In this document: one piece after another, positions 53,460 through 63,749 of the stretch
Layout: every line of letters starts with the position of its first letter
How positions within the stretch are numbered: position 1 is the first letter of the stretch
From: Nitrospirota bacterium
GTDB taxonomy: Bacteria > Nitrospirota > UBA9217
NCBI GenBank assembly: GCA_963737155.1
Contig: CAVTRN010000002.1
Coordinates: 2,432,001-2,496,000, forward strand
Direction: 5' to 3'
Length of the DNA stretch: 64,000 nt
Notes under the pieces: model-generated
Seen by the model: only the letters and a program-made list of their open reading frames with translations
The model's database searches: none
What the model was told of the DNA's origin: nothing
Position numbers and translations under genes: made by a program

Positions 53460-54713
53460 TTAGTGTGCTTCTTTGTACTCGAACACCGGGAATATATGAC
53501 TGATTACGTAGAAAAGCACAAAGGGCATGACGAATATGCTGAGCGCTCCGGCAAGTCCTTCTTTGAATGTCTCCCAATCGTGAGGGATAATGGGAATATG
53601 ATAGTGCATGAACCCCGCGAAAGTCAGCGAAAATGCCTGGCCACCAATCACGACGTTCCACCGCATCATGAAGACTCCGAAGATTACGAGTATGACACCC
53701 AACAACGCTCTCCGTATGGTCAACCCGGGGAACAAGAATATGATGAGAGGTACGAGATTCCCAATGCCGTATTGCATAATAAATATGGACTTGAAATCCC
53801 GCTCGTAGATAACGCTTCGGAGAATATCCCATGATTTCAATGCGGTATAGCCCCGGAAGATTATGTCGAGGATTTCAAGACTAATGGCGGCTACCATGAA
53901 GGCCAGAAGATATTTCGCCGTCATCTGGATAACACTGATCTCAGCGCTCTGGAGCTGTTCCTGAGACGGGAGTCCGGCACGCGCGGCCGTCTTGCGCTTC
54001 GCAAGAAACTTGCGAATTTCCATTGTTATGATATACGTAAGCATACACAACGCGATCCCCGAAACAATCGCCGACATGATGAATATGACCGGCATGAGCG
54101 GCGTCATCCAGAGGGCGTTGGCTTTGACGGAGCCGAAAATGAATCCTGCATAACCATGAAGAAAGCAGGCGACAGGTATCCCGAGAGCGGCAAGAAACTT
54201 GATCGCTTTTTCGTCGCGATGCAGCGCTTCTTCGCTAACGTCGTAGACACCGAGCGTCAGCGAACAGAAAATCAGATATTGGAGCCATTCCACGATCGTC
54301 TTATCCTGCTTCTCACGGAGTTTGAGTGACACAGCAACAAAATGGCGGCGGTACAGGAACCAGAGTTCCGACGCCACGATGGCGCCGTAAGAAAAAAACA
54401 CAATACCGAAGGCAGCAATGGCGGATGTAAAATGCGGGGTCATGAAAATCTCCACCCCACGGAAGGGGAATTGCAGATGAAGCACAATCGGCATGGGCGC
54501 GGCAAAAAGCAGTGCAAAGGAAAACACGAGCGCAAAACGCGCCATATCCTTGAGCTTCTGGATGCCGAACACATGGTAGAGCGACGAAAGCACGAAGGCC
54601 CCTGCAACCAGACCTGTCATGAAGGGATACATCACGATCTGTATGCTCCAGTAGATATACTCATTCGGTAAAACAAATAACTCTTTTACGGTCCAAAGTT
54701 CTCCGTGTACCAT
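53460..54713 (-). CDS. NrfD/PsrC-family membrane subunit (second, distinct clade)
   Basis: WSIQIVMYPFMTGLVAGAF, LHGYAGFIFG, SAIVSG, MRWNVVIGGQ. Confidence 0.88.
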   Translation of the reverse strand: MVHGELWTVKELFVLPNEYIYWSIQIVMYPFMTGLVAGAFVLSSLYHVFGIQKLKDMARFALVFSFALLFAAPMPIVLHLQFPFRGVEIFMTPHFTSAIAAFGIVFFSYGAIVASELWFLYRRHFVAVSLKLREKQDKTIVEWLQYLIFCSLTLGVYDVSEEALHRDEKAIKFLAALGIPVACFLHGYAGFIFGSVKANALWMTPLMPVIFIMSAIVSGIALCMLTYIITMEIRKFLAKRKTAARAGLPSQEQLQSAEISVIQMTAKYLLAFMVAAISLEILDIIFRGYTALKSWDILRSVIYERDFKSIFIMQYGIGNLVPLIIFLFPGLTIRRALLGVILVIFGVFMMRWNVVIGGQAFSLTFAGFMHYHIPIIPHDWETFKEGLAGALSIFVMPFVLFYVISHIFPVFEYKEAH

Positions 54714-54715
54714 GG

Positions 54716-55504
54716 CTATCTGACCTCCTCATCCAGGCCGATATAATAGACCTGAGGTTTCGTGCCGTATTCACTCTTTAATACTCCCACCCGCTGTGTC
54801 CTGATGATCTGGGTCACCGGATCGTTGGGGTCTTTAATGTTCCCAATCTGACGCGCCCCGAAAGGACAAGCCTGCACACAGGCAGTTTTTAATCCTTTGG
54901 TAATCCGATGATAACAGAAATTGCATTTCTCCGCCGTATGATAGACAGGGTGGAAAAACCGGACACCGTATGGACACCCCATGATACAGTAACCGCAGCC
55001 GATGCACCACGTTCGGTCAACCATGACAACACCGTCAGGCGCCTGATAAGTCGCTCCAACAGGGCAAACCTGAACACAGGGGGGGTTCTCGCACTGATTG
55101 CAAAGCTTTGGCACGAAAAACGCCTTTTCAATGCCTTCACCGCTGATGTCTTTAAGGCCATCCTCCCCCTGATCAATCCTCGCTTCTGTAAAGCCGTCCC
55201 TGGCCGCCTTGGGGCTATCAGCGTAGAGCTTCCCCTTCTTGGTTAGGACATATCGCTCTACCCATGTTCTCGAAACATTCGCATCGTAGGGAACCTCGTT
55301 CTCCTGCTTGCATGCCTTGACACAGAATCCGCATCCGACGCATTTATAGGTATCCACTAGAAACGCCCAACGCACTGATGTCGTCTCGGCAGCTATCTCT
55401 GCGAACAGTTTTTTAGGGTCGACAATTTCCAGGGCTGCCAGCGGGATTGCTGCGCCCGCAATCCCCATCGCCGTTTTCTTAAAAAAGTCCCTTCGCGTGA
55501 TCAT
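54716..55504 (-). CDS. Tat-exported 4Fe-4S dicluster protein (NrfC-like)
   Basis: TRRDFFK; four 4Fe-4S Cys motifs. Confidence 0.9.
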   Translation of the reverse strand: MITRRDFFKKTAMGIAGAAIPLAALEIVDPKKLFAEIAAETTSVRWAFLVDTYKCVGCGFCVKACKQENEVPYDANVSRTWVERYVLTKKGKLYADSPKAARDGFTEARIDQGEDGLKDISGEGIEKAFFVPKLCNQCENPPCVQVCPVGATYQAPDGVVMVDRTWCIGCGYCIMGCPYGVRFFHPVYHTAEKCNFCYHRITKGLKTACVQACPFGARQIGNIKDPNDPVTQIIRTQRVGVLKSEYGTKPQVYYIGLDEEVR

Positions 55505-55971
55505 TTCAATCCCTCCATCGGGTTGTGCGGATTATGACAGTTGGAACATTCCATGCCGGGGTTGTGCTTATCCGGATCAATGCTTATGATGAGCGCACGA
55601 CCGCTCGAGGGATAAGGCAACGGATAATGGCATCGCAGGCATAATGCCCTGCTCTTGTCGATAGCTAGTTTCGGCGGATCCGAAGGATGATCTACAGCCG
55701 GTCCGTGGCAGTTTTCGCACTGGATTATCCTATGCGGGGTTTTGTTGATGCTATCGTATTTATCGGGATGACAATCCTTGCAGTATTCCTTGCCCTGATA
55801 TTTTACTTTGATCTTCTTCCAGTCTTCTTCATTCGAATGCCGGTGCCAGCTGTACATATAACCACGCTGACCGATCCCAAAATCCTTCGGGACGATAACC
55901 ATTCTGGCCAGCAGTATCAAAATGACGATACCGATCACTACGATCAGCGGTCTCAATACATGATTCTTCAT
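55501..55971 (-). CDS. Membrane-anchored tetraheme cytochrome c
   Basis: N-terminal TM; CKDCH, CENCH, CLRCH, CSNCH. Confidence 0.88.
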   Translation of the reverse strand: MKNHVLRPLIVVIGIVILILLARMVIVPKDFGIGQRGYMYSWHRHSNEEDWKKIKVKYQGKEYCKDCHPDKYDSINKTPHRIIQCENCHGPAVDHPSDPPKLAIDKSRALCLRCHYPLPYPSSGRALIISIDPDKHNPGMECSNCHNPHNPMEGLK

Positions 55972-56030
55972 AACCTTCCTCTCCTCTCCTGATTTCAATC
56001 CAGTTGACTTGCATCCACGAGATTTTTTTA

Positions 56031-56468
56031 CTATTCCTCCTTCTTAAGCGTATGCTGCATGAGCGTCACTCCTTCCCAAAGTATAGCCAAGAAGCAGAGC
56101 GACAGCCCTCCCACCAGGCCGAAAATATGAACCAATTGCCAACGGATGACGATAAAGAGTATGACGAAAATAACGGAAAGCTTTAGACCGCTGATGACTA
56201 GCGCGGCGACGCTAGAGAAACCCGGCGTTGCGCCTTTGCGAAGGTAGATTCTCTCCACAGAAATGGCCAGCCACCTGAAATTAAGCAAACCGAGAATTCC
56301 GCCACACAGGATACTGATGGGCAGGAACCACCACTGACTAGTATGTTGAATGAGATTGAATGCGGAGGCGACCATCGTGGCGCCGAACACAATAAAGGCG
56401 GTTTTAACACTCACCCCCTTTATTATTCCCGCTACGGCCTGTTGTCGTATCCTGGCCTCGTCAGTCAT
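56031..56468 (-). CDS. atpI: ATP synthase protein I
   Basis: Four TM segments, GG.LG.LNF.WL motif; overlaps atpZ. Confidence 0.72.
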   Translation of the reverse strand: MTDEARIRQQAVAGIIKGVSVKTAFIVFGATMVASAFNLIQHTSQWWFLPISILCGGILGLLNFRWLAISVERIYLRKGATPGFSSVAALVISGLKLSVIFVILFIVIRWQLVHIFGLVGGLSLCFLAILWEGVTLMQHTLKKEE

Positions 56469-56710
56469 GACTTCCTATCATCGTCCTTATCGAATAAATC
56501 CTGGCTTCGTTTGACATAAACGACCAGGTTTCGAAAACCTGCGATTATGCCCAGGAGAAGAAATATCGCGGTGAACCAGGGGGATGTGCCAAGCCATTTA
56601 TCAAGCGTGAGACCGATGAAGAGACCGATCACCGTGGCAAATACCAAGGCCAGCCCCACGGTACTCAACATGCCAAGCATACGAATGAGCCTACGGTCTT
56701 TTTCTTCCAT
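56465..56710 (-). CDS. atpZ: AtpZ/AtpI family protein (ATPase gene 1)
   Basis: IGLFIG..LDKWLGTSPW...LLLGIIAGF.N. Confidence 0.85.
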   Translation of the reverse strand: MEEKDRRLIRMLGMLSTVGLALVFATVIGLFIGLTLDKWLGTSPWFTAIFLLLGIIAGFRNLVVYVKRSQDLFDKDDDRKS

Positions 56711-56805
56711 GATTTTACTGCCGTTCAACTGGAGGAAGTTCAGAGAAAAACAAACATATTCTGTTAAGAGATTTGATTTCTCCGGGTCATCAACGGTTAT
56801 TGCTT

Positions 56806-58090
56806 TCATAACCCCTTAAAACTCTTCCTCGCTGCATCGATTGTCTTATCGATGTCAGCCTTGCTGTGGACCAGGGATATGAAAGCCGCCTCAAACTGGG
56901 AAGGCGCGAGGTTGACGCCGTTCTTGAGCATGGATAGAAAGAATTTGCCGAACCGCGTCGTGTCCGATGTCTTGGCGCTGGTGAAGTCCTTCACTTGTTT
57001 GTCGGTAAAGAACGCAGTGAACATAGACCCCACACGGTTAATCGTACACGGGATTCCCGCTTCCTGCGTTCCAGCCCTGAGTCCGTTTTCGAGATCGAGC
57101 GATTTTTTTTCGAGGGTTTTGTAGACACCGGGTTTCGCGAGCAGCTTTAACGTTTCGATTCCCGCGACCATAGCCAGCGGGTTACCCGACAGCGTCCCTG
57201 CCTGGTAGATGGGTCCGATAGGCGCGATCTTCTCCATGATCTCCCTTGTTCCACCATAAGCACCGACAGGCAACCCGCCGCCGATCACTTTGCCGAGGCA
57301 CGTAAGATCCGGTTTGATTTTATACCGTTGCTGCGCGCCGCCAAAGTCGACGCGAAAACCAGTCATCACTTCGTCGAAAATGAGGACGATGCCATATTGG
57401 TTACAGACCATGCGAAGCCCCGCCAGAAAACCCGGCTCGGGCGGTACGCATCCCATGTTGCCTGCTACAGGCTCAACTATAATGCACGCGATTCGCTCTC
57501 CTTCGCGGGAAGCGAGCTCCTTCACCGCACCCAGATCGTTATAGGCCACCGTAAGTGTATGTTTGGCTGAGATCCGCGGGCACACCGGGACTATCGGGAA
57601 GTCCGAACGTCGCCACACCGCTACCGGCCTTTACGAGCAGACTGTCACCATGTCCATGATAACATCCGTCAAACTTGAGAATCTTGTCCCTTGCCGTAAA
57701 ACCCCGCGCCGCACGAATGGCACTCATCGTTGCCTCTGTACCGGAACTGACCATCCGTACCAATTCGATGGAAGGGAAAGCTTTCTTGACCATCTTGGCA
57801 AGAGTAGTCTCAAGTTCCGTCGGAGCACCAAAGCTCGTTCCGCCAACAATAGCCTTTTTGAGGGCGGCAGTAACGACAGGATTAGCATGCCCCAGGATCA
57901 TAGGTCCCCAGGAAAGAACGTAATCAATATAGGCTTTGCCGTCGGCATCGTAGATCTTCGATCCCTTCGCCTTTTTTATGAAGAGCGGATCACCGCCAAC
58001 CGAGCGGAATGCCCGAACCGGGCTGTTCACACCGCCAGGGATGTGTTTTTTTGCCTCATCAAATAATTTTTTTGATCTCGGACCCGACAT
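56806..58090 (-). pseudogene. hemL: Glutamate-1-semialdehyde 2,1-aminomutase split by a +1 frameshift (real or sequencing error)
   Basis: N-part [23 protein letters not shown]; C-part [28 protein letters not shown]; removing base 57568 restores [15 protein letters not shown]. Confidence 0.9.
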
Positions 58091-58387
58091 GCACACTCCT
58101 TTTGCTGATCATCAATTTTTCGAATCGATATCCAGCCTCCCTAAAATATGAAAATCTGTCTTGAAAGTCAATGGAAAATCACAAGGAATGGGAGATAATT
58201 GCAGTTTAATATCATGTAACAACCAGAATTTGCATTTTATGGTCAAGACATCGTCAACTCTTTTGAATGGATGTCGTATAAGCTCTCAATGACTGGTATG
58301 AACACCGCCGGATATTTAATTTCCACCTTTTCATGGCACTATCGTATTAGGGGAAAACCCAGAACCTTCAGGGGCGGAAGAACAACA

Positions 58388-58885
58388 TCATCTCGTTTCG
58401 TTCATTTTAGCCAGCAAGAACGACACAACACCTTCAGCATCGTTGAGATCAAAGCAAGGGATACTCGCGTCATAGTGACGGTCGCTTACCAACGCCAAGA
58501 AAGAGGGATCGTCAAGAGCCAACGGACGAGTTCCCGAAACTCCGTAACGGAAAACCTCAATCCTGTTCTGCGCCTGGTGTTTGAAGCCTTCATGAAGAAT
58601 TATATCGGCATCCGCCATCCACTGTTCAAGCTCTTTTGGAGCGGGTTCCTGTTCGATTTTTTTCATGACAACCATTTGTTCGGGACCGACAAGAACTACT
58701 ATGCCGGCACCGGCTCGCTGAAAACGCCATGAGTCCTTGCCGGGCTTATCAAGATCGAAACCTGCCGACGCATGCTTCACGACAGCAACCCGTAATCCTT
58801 CTTTCCTCAGGATCAGGACAATTTTTTCTATCAGGGTTGTTTTGCCGCTGTTCGAACATGCAGCTACAAACGAGAAGATGTGCAT
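58388..58885 (-). CDS. mobB: Molybdopterin-guanine dinucleotide biosynthesis protein B
   Basis: SNSGKTT, VKH, D.PGKDS.RF..AGA, EGFK. Confidence 0.93.
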   Translation of the reverse strand: MHIFSFVAACSNSGKTTLIEKIVLILRKEGLRVAVVKHASAGFDLDKPGKDSWRFQRAGAGIVVLVGPEQMVVMKKIEQEPAPKELEQWMADADIILHEGFKHQAQNRIEVFRYGVSGTRPLALDDPSFLALVSDRHYDASIPCFDLNDAEGVVSFLLAKMNETR

Positions 58886-59091
58886 TCAAAAAGACCTTTT
58901 CCCTTGACGTTCAAAGATGCGAACAGAAGAGCGGGAAATGACCATCATGCCGCCAACCGGTTTGTCCGGATGAACGAATTGAAAATAACATCCGCTCTTG
59001 ACCAATTCATAACGGCCTCAGCTATCAACCTTACCGGCATTTTCCCGATTGCTCACCAGTCCCCTCCTCGCCAATTTATTTGCAGCACATC

Positions 59092-59895
59092 TTATGATTC
59101 CTCAGTCCCCGTTGACTTAGGTTTTTTCTTGCCGACAAGACGCGAAGCGAGAATGCCAAGCTCATAGAGCAGATAAATGGGTATGGAAAGAATCGTCTGA
59201 TTGAAAACGTCCGGCGTTGGACTCAGGATCGCGCCCAGTATGAACGCCCCAAGGAATGCGAACTTCCGGTATTTGGCCAGAGTGGTGGGGCTCACGATTC
59301 CCATCCGGCTGAGCAGAACGATAATGAGAGGTAATTCAAACACGATGCCGCTAGCCAGAAGAAACTTTAAAATGAAATCAATATAATCTTGGATCCGGAG
59401 AATGGCGACCAGATTCTCTGTTTTATAGGTAAGGAGGAAAGACACGGCGAAAGGCAGCATAACGAAATAACAGAAGAGTACACCGATGCCGAAAAAAAGG
59501 GATGAGAAAAAAATAAACAACGCGATATACTTTTTTTCTTTGACGTGCAGTCCCGGAGCGATGAATTTCCATACCTGAAACATGATGAAAGGGAACACCA
59601 GCATAAGGCCGGCAATAAGCCCTATCTTGAGGTGGGACCAGAAGGGCTCGACCAGCGTGGTATAGTGCAACTGCTGAGGGGATGCATTGGGCACGATCGA
59701 AACAAAGGGATAGGCAAGCTTAAACTCCATCTTCGAATTCAGCGGCCACATCAGAATTCGAAGGATATTCTCCGAATAATTAAAACAGATACCGAAACCA
59801 ACGCCAATCAGAATGAAGGAGCGGACGAGTCTCTTCCTGAGTTCCTCCAGGTGGCTCCAGAAGGGCATCCTCAGCTCTTCCTCAGGCACCGCCAT
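59092..59895 (-). CDS. tatC: Twin-arginine translocase subunit C
   Basis: [28 protein letters not shown]. Confidence 0.95.
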   Translation of the reverse strand: MAVPEEELRMPFWSHLEELRKRLVRSFILIGVGFGICFNYSENILRILMWPLNSKMEFKLAYPFVSIVPNASPQQLHYTTLVEPFWSHLKIGLIAGLMLVFPFIMFQVWKFIAPGLHVKEKKYIALFIFFSSLFFGIGVLFCYFVMLPFAVSFLLTYKTENLVAILRIQDYIDFILKFLLASGIVFELPLIIVLLSRMGIVSPTTLAKYRKFAFLGAFILGAILSPTPDVFNQTILSIPIYLLYELGILASRLVGKKKPKSTGTEES

Positions 59896-60199
59896 GAGTA
59901 TTCTCCTTTTTTCCCTTTTCCTTGTCCTGCTCCGCCGGTGCGGTTTCCGGCGCAGACGCCTGTTTGGTTTTGTCTTGAGTTATCTCCTGCCCTAATTTCT
60001 TTATTTCATCAAACTGGCTGGTCTTTTCCACTTCCTTCATCTCGGCCTTCATAGATTCCTGAAATTCCTCGGATGCCTTTTTGAATTCCGCGAGTGCGCG
60101 GCCGATGGACCGGCCGATTTCGGGAAGCTTTTTTGGTCCGAACACGATAAGGGCAATAACAAAAATGAGCAACAACTCAGGAAATCCCAGACCAAGCAT
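59882..60199 (-). CDS. Twin-arginine translocase TatA/TatB subunit
   Basis: [25 protein letters not shown]. Confidence 0.92.
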   Translation of the reverse strand: MLGLGFPELLLIFVIALIVFGPKKLPEIGRSIGRALAEFKKASEEFQESMKAEMKEVEKTSQFDEIKKLGQEITQDKTKQASAPETAPAEQDKEKGKKENTHGGA

Positions 60200-60339
60200 G
60201 GCGTTCTCCTCAGATTTGAAGGTGGAAAGTCTATTTAAAAAACTGGGACCGTCTAAATTCCTCTACGGTAAAGCGAGGTTTATCACGGTTGCCGGACCTC
60301 GCGCGCTCAACCTCCCATGTTTTGTCCCGCAAATTGGCA

Positions 60340-60629
60340 CTCAAGCTTTGTCCGGTTTGAGTTCAATTACGGGACTGTTGTCCTTGGGCTTGTTCTGCCG
60401 GATCACGTTTAGCTTAACTGTTTTTTCAATGCGCCAGCTCCGGGGATCGCCAAACAGAGACTGATACCGCACCTTCGATAACTTGTTGGGTCGAGATATT
60501 GACAACCGCGGGCCTCTCTTTTTTTACAAGAGGAGCGAAAGATTCCGGAGCAGCGGCCGCGCCTGGAGTAAGAGGTAAAAAACCTACCAGGTATACGATG
60601 GCAAAGAATATTTTGAGCGGCAATTCCAT
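60340..60629 (-). pseudogene. DegP/HtrA (Do family) protease N-terminal remnant
   Basis: Signal peptide then PESFAPLVKKERPAVVNIST, after which the frame breaks; no protease core. Confidence 0.68.
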
Positions 60630-60818
60630 AAACAATCTCCCGGCCGACGGTCTGCCACAACAGTCAATAGATATCACGCTGTCATAGGATAGTCAAGATA
60701 TTTCGTTGGGTTACGCTTTGCTGAAGCAGGGGAACCATGAACCGATGGCTGGAAGCGTCCGCGTGCTGGCGGCGAGAGAAAAGCGCTGGTCTATGCCGTA
60801 TGCTTGCTGCTCTAATCG

Positions 60819-61178
60819 TTACATCGAAACCCGAATGACCGTCTTCACATTACCCCGAACATTGAAATCACCCACTACTTCGAGTGCACGGGGTTTGAGG
60901 CTTTTCTTCAGCGCATCGAATATCAAGTTTGTCACTGCTTCATGTGATACGCTATGGTCACGAAAACTGTTCAAATATAGTTTCAGGCTCTTAAGCTCAA
61001 CTACCTTTTTGTCAGGAGTATAGGTGATTCTGATGGTCGCAAAATCCGGATAACCGGAGCGAGGGCAAAGACAGGTGAATTCCGGGTACGAAATATCAAT
61101 ATTGTAGTCTCTGTCGGGATTGGGATTGGGCCAGAGTTCGAATGACGTCTTCTTGATTGCCTTGGTTCCATATTTCAT
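60819..61178 (-). CDS. queF: NADPH-dependent preQ0 reductase (unimodular QueF)
   Basis: [28 protein letters not shown]. Confidence 0.95.
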   Translation of the reverse strand: MKYGTKAIKKTSFELWPNPNPDRDYNIDISYPEFTCLCPRSGYPDFATIRITYTPDKKVVELKSLKLYLNSFRDHSVSHEAVTNLIFDALKKSLKPRALEVVGDFNVRGNVKTVIRVSM

Positions 61179-61187
61179 TGTACGAAT

Positions 61188-61216
61188 ATTTTAACCTATT
61201 CCAACATAGCTGTAAA
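61188..61216 (-). promoter_or_regulatory. Putative promoter of queF (short leader)
   Basis: TTTACA-17bp-TAAAAT ends 9 nt before the ATG; no SD. Confidence 0.5.
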
Positions 61217-61345
61217 GATGATAATACGTCAGGAACTGTCACTTTACCAAACACTTAATACCAGCCCCTAAACCGTGGCAAACATCTCTACAGCATTTGT
61301 ATACAGAATCAGCGACGACTCCCAGCAGCATCGGGGGCTAATCCA

Positions 61346-61379
61346 GGAATCCTCGGCCTTCAAGGCTGGAGGTTCTCAA
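61346..61379 (+). mobile_element. Degenerate IS200/IS605 (TnpB-type) right-end
   Basis: GGAATCCTCGGCCTTCAAGGCTGGAGGTTCTCAA: hairpin ending in TCAA. Confidence 0.62.
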
Positions 61380-61413
61380 CATAATTCATTCCGGATATAG
61401 AGATTGTGCAGTT

Positions 61414-63618
61414 CTAGACCTGCCACATCGTGGCTTCAAAATCATCGGTCGGGACCTTGAACTGAATGTATCCGCGATAGGGCCATTTCTCGACCTCCGA
61501 TCCCGACCGCTCAACCGTCACAAAAATCTGAATCTCGTCGTTAGCCTTGGCGCCCAGCAGATTGAAGGGTATGGCAAGCTCGATAATATCATTGACTGCA
61601 ACAGTGTTTATCACGGCCGACGGTTCCCGATTTCCGTTCTCGCTTCGATATAAATCTGCGTTTACGCGACGTTCCTGCGGGACAATCCTGATTTCCACAT
61701 CAATTCCTTTTGGATTCAGAAAATTGATAAAAAACGTCAGGTCTTTCACCTTCTCATCCTTCAGACTTCCACTCGGGTCGAGACGGAAAAACATATTTTT
61801 TAGATCGAAACCGTAATAGAGGTGAGTTATTATGGACGCACCGCGATGCATGGCCCCGCCACCCTGGCTAACGTCATAAAAGCCGGCGGACAGCCATTCG
61901 AAATAATTCGTGACTTGGCCATCGATAGTCGGTGAAATAAATGCGGTGAGTTCTACGGTTGGGAGCGCCTGTCGGTCCCTGTGAAGAATGGAAATTTGAA
62001 GCTCGTCCGGGATGTCGAGACCTATAATCCGGTAAACATTCATGAGGTGGGTCCGGAACAGCAGATCGAACTCCTCGTCATTCTCGGAATAGTGGTCATC
62101 ACCATACCACCAGCACCAGTCGCTTCCCTCTGCGATGTAAATTTCCTCCCACGCCTTAGCCAGTTTTTCCGGATTGCCGTCGTGGGAAGTGAATTCTGAC
62201 AACGCAGCGCGTGTTTGTGATAGCAGGCTCCATGCGCGATTGTCCTCTTCATGACCGATCCAGACACGATAGTTCGCATTGATCCACGAGCCTGCATGAA
62301 GACGCTCGATGGACGCTTCTGCAGGATGTTCCCGCAGATACTCCCCGACCGTCACGCACTGGAGCCCCTGTTCGCCACTAAGACGTTCATAGAGGTATAG
62401 AAAAAAGTCTCGGCCATCATTCTGATAATATTCCCAGGCATTTTCACCGTCAAGAATGATTGATACCAGATGCGGTCCATTGGACATACCCCGCCTGACC
62501 CGGTGGAGCCGATCCACGAGGTCGTGTACCGCGTTCTTGTAATCCCATTTAGAATATACAAAACCGATAAGATCGGACAGCGTATGATCGCGAAATATGA
62601 CTGAAATGCGCTTGTCCCCTTTTCCGGCCAAGTACGGCTTGTATAATACCTCCGGGTTTTTCATCACGCCGTCGAAATCCCGTTCAATATGAATGCCGAG
62701 GGATCGGGCAAGAACTCCTTCGTCGCTGCCGATCCATTTAATGCCGGCGTCAGCCAGAAGGGGAACTAATTCTTCCGCCACCGACCCTTCCGAGGGCCAC
62801 ATGCCCAAGGGACGCGAACCAAAGAGTTTCTCGTGATACTCCATGGCGCGCTCGATCTGTATGCGCGCATCCTCGGGATGGGCAAAACGCTCTGCAGGAA
62901 GATGGATGTCCGGAACCGCGACTTTTGCGAGGTCCGTGTCAATCAATAACGGAAGAATAGGGTGATAGAACGGAGTCGTCGTCAGCTCTATCCTGCCGTA
63001 CTCCATCAGACGCCGGTACTCCGGAATGATAAGCGCCATGACTTCCCGCTGCTTTTGAACGAGAAGCAATTTTCCCTTCTCGCTGAAACCTGATCCTTGC
63101 TGAATCAGCTCTTGAAGAAACGGGTCCTTTTGCTTGAAGACCGGATCAAACCAGGTCAAATTGAACCAGACCTGAAGATCGAGATAATCCTGGTTCGTAA
63201 AATAGCGCGTCGCGTTCTTAAGATCATCGGGGGATACGCTATAGCCTCTGCGATCAAGCAGATGCCAATACCCGGGATAGGGCTTGATCATCGTATCCCA
63301 GTTTGCCATAAAAGAGTTCTTGAGCAGAAACAGTTTGTCTTCCTGGTTGAGATCCGCAGCAGGTTTGATCGTCAGGTCGAGGAACTTGTCGGTTGCTTTG
63401 TTTTCCACATAATCCCTGATCTGTTTGAGGAGCGAGGGGACGAGGTTGAACGTTTGGTGAATATCGGGAAAATCTGTCAGAAGCGCCGGCATATCGTAAT
63501 AATCCTTGATGCCGTGCAATCTCACCCAGGGTAGGATGTAGGACCCTGTTACATCATCTTTATAGTACGGCTGGTGCATGTGCCATACAAATGCTATGTA
63601 CAGAGGATAGTCGGACAT
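61414..63618 (-). CDS. Glycoside hydrolase family 57 (amylopullulanase-like)
   Basis: WHMHQP, LPWVRLH, HPILPLL, WPSEG, ILDGENAWEYY, AEGSDW.WW. Confidence 0.94.
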   Translation of the reverse strand: MSDYPLYIAFVWHMHQPYYKDDVTGSYILPWVRLHGIKDYYDMPALLTDFPDIHQTFNLVPSLLKQIRDYVENKATDKFLDLTIKPAADLNQEDKLFLLKNSFMANWDTMIKPYPGYWHLLDRRGYSVSPDDLKNATRYFTNQDYLDLQVWFNLTWFDPVFKQKDPFLQELIQQGSGFSEKGKLLLVQKQREVMALIIPEYRRLMEYGRIELTTTPFYHPILPLLIDTDLAKVAVPDIHLPAERFAHPEDARIQIERAMEYHEKLFGSRPLGMWPSEGSVAEELVPLLADAGIKWIGSDEGVLARSLGIHIERDFDGVMKNPEVLYKPYLAGKGDKRISVIFRDHTLSDLIGFVYSKWDYKNAVHDLVDRLHRVRRGMSNGPHLVSIILDGENAWEYYQNDGRDFFLYLYERLSGEQGLQCVTVGEYLREHPAEASIERLHAGSWINANYRVWIGHEEDNRAWSLLSQTRAALSEFTSHDGNPEKLAKAWEEIYIAEGSDWCWWYGDDHYSENDEEFDLLFRTHLMNVYRIIGLDIPDELQISILHRDRQALPTVELTAFISPTIDGQVTNYFEWLSAGFYDVSQGGGAMHRGASIITHLYYGFDLKNMFFRLDPSGSLKDEKVKDLTFFINFLNPKGIDVEIRIVPQERRVNADLYRSENGNREPSAVINTVAVNDIIELAIPFNLLGAKANDEIQIFVTVERSGSEVEKWPYRGYIQFKVPTDDFEATMWQV

Positions 63619-63749
63619 GTCGGTTTAGACAATTGGGGAAGCACGATGAGAAAAACACACAGCAGAAACCTCACCAAGGCAAAAGAAACTTCCTACACGA
63701 TGCTATTAGGGATGATTGAGAGTGCCGTCTTTTGCTTCCAGAAAGCCCC

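Noticed and set aside
61179-61260. preQ1 riboswitch upstream of queF
   Set aside because: No consensus seen, and the predicted leader is too short.
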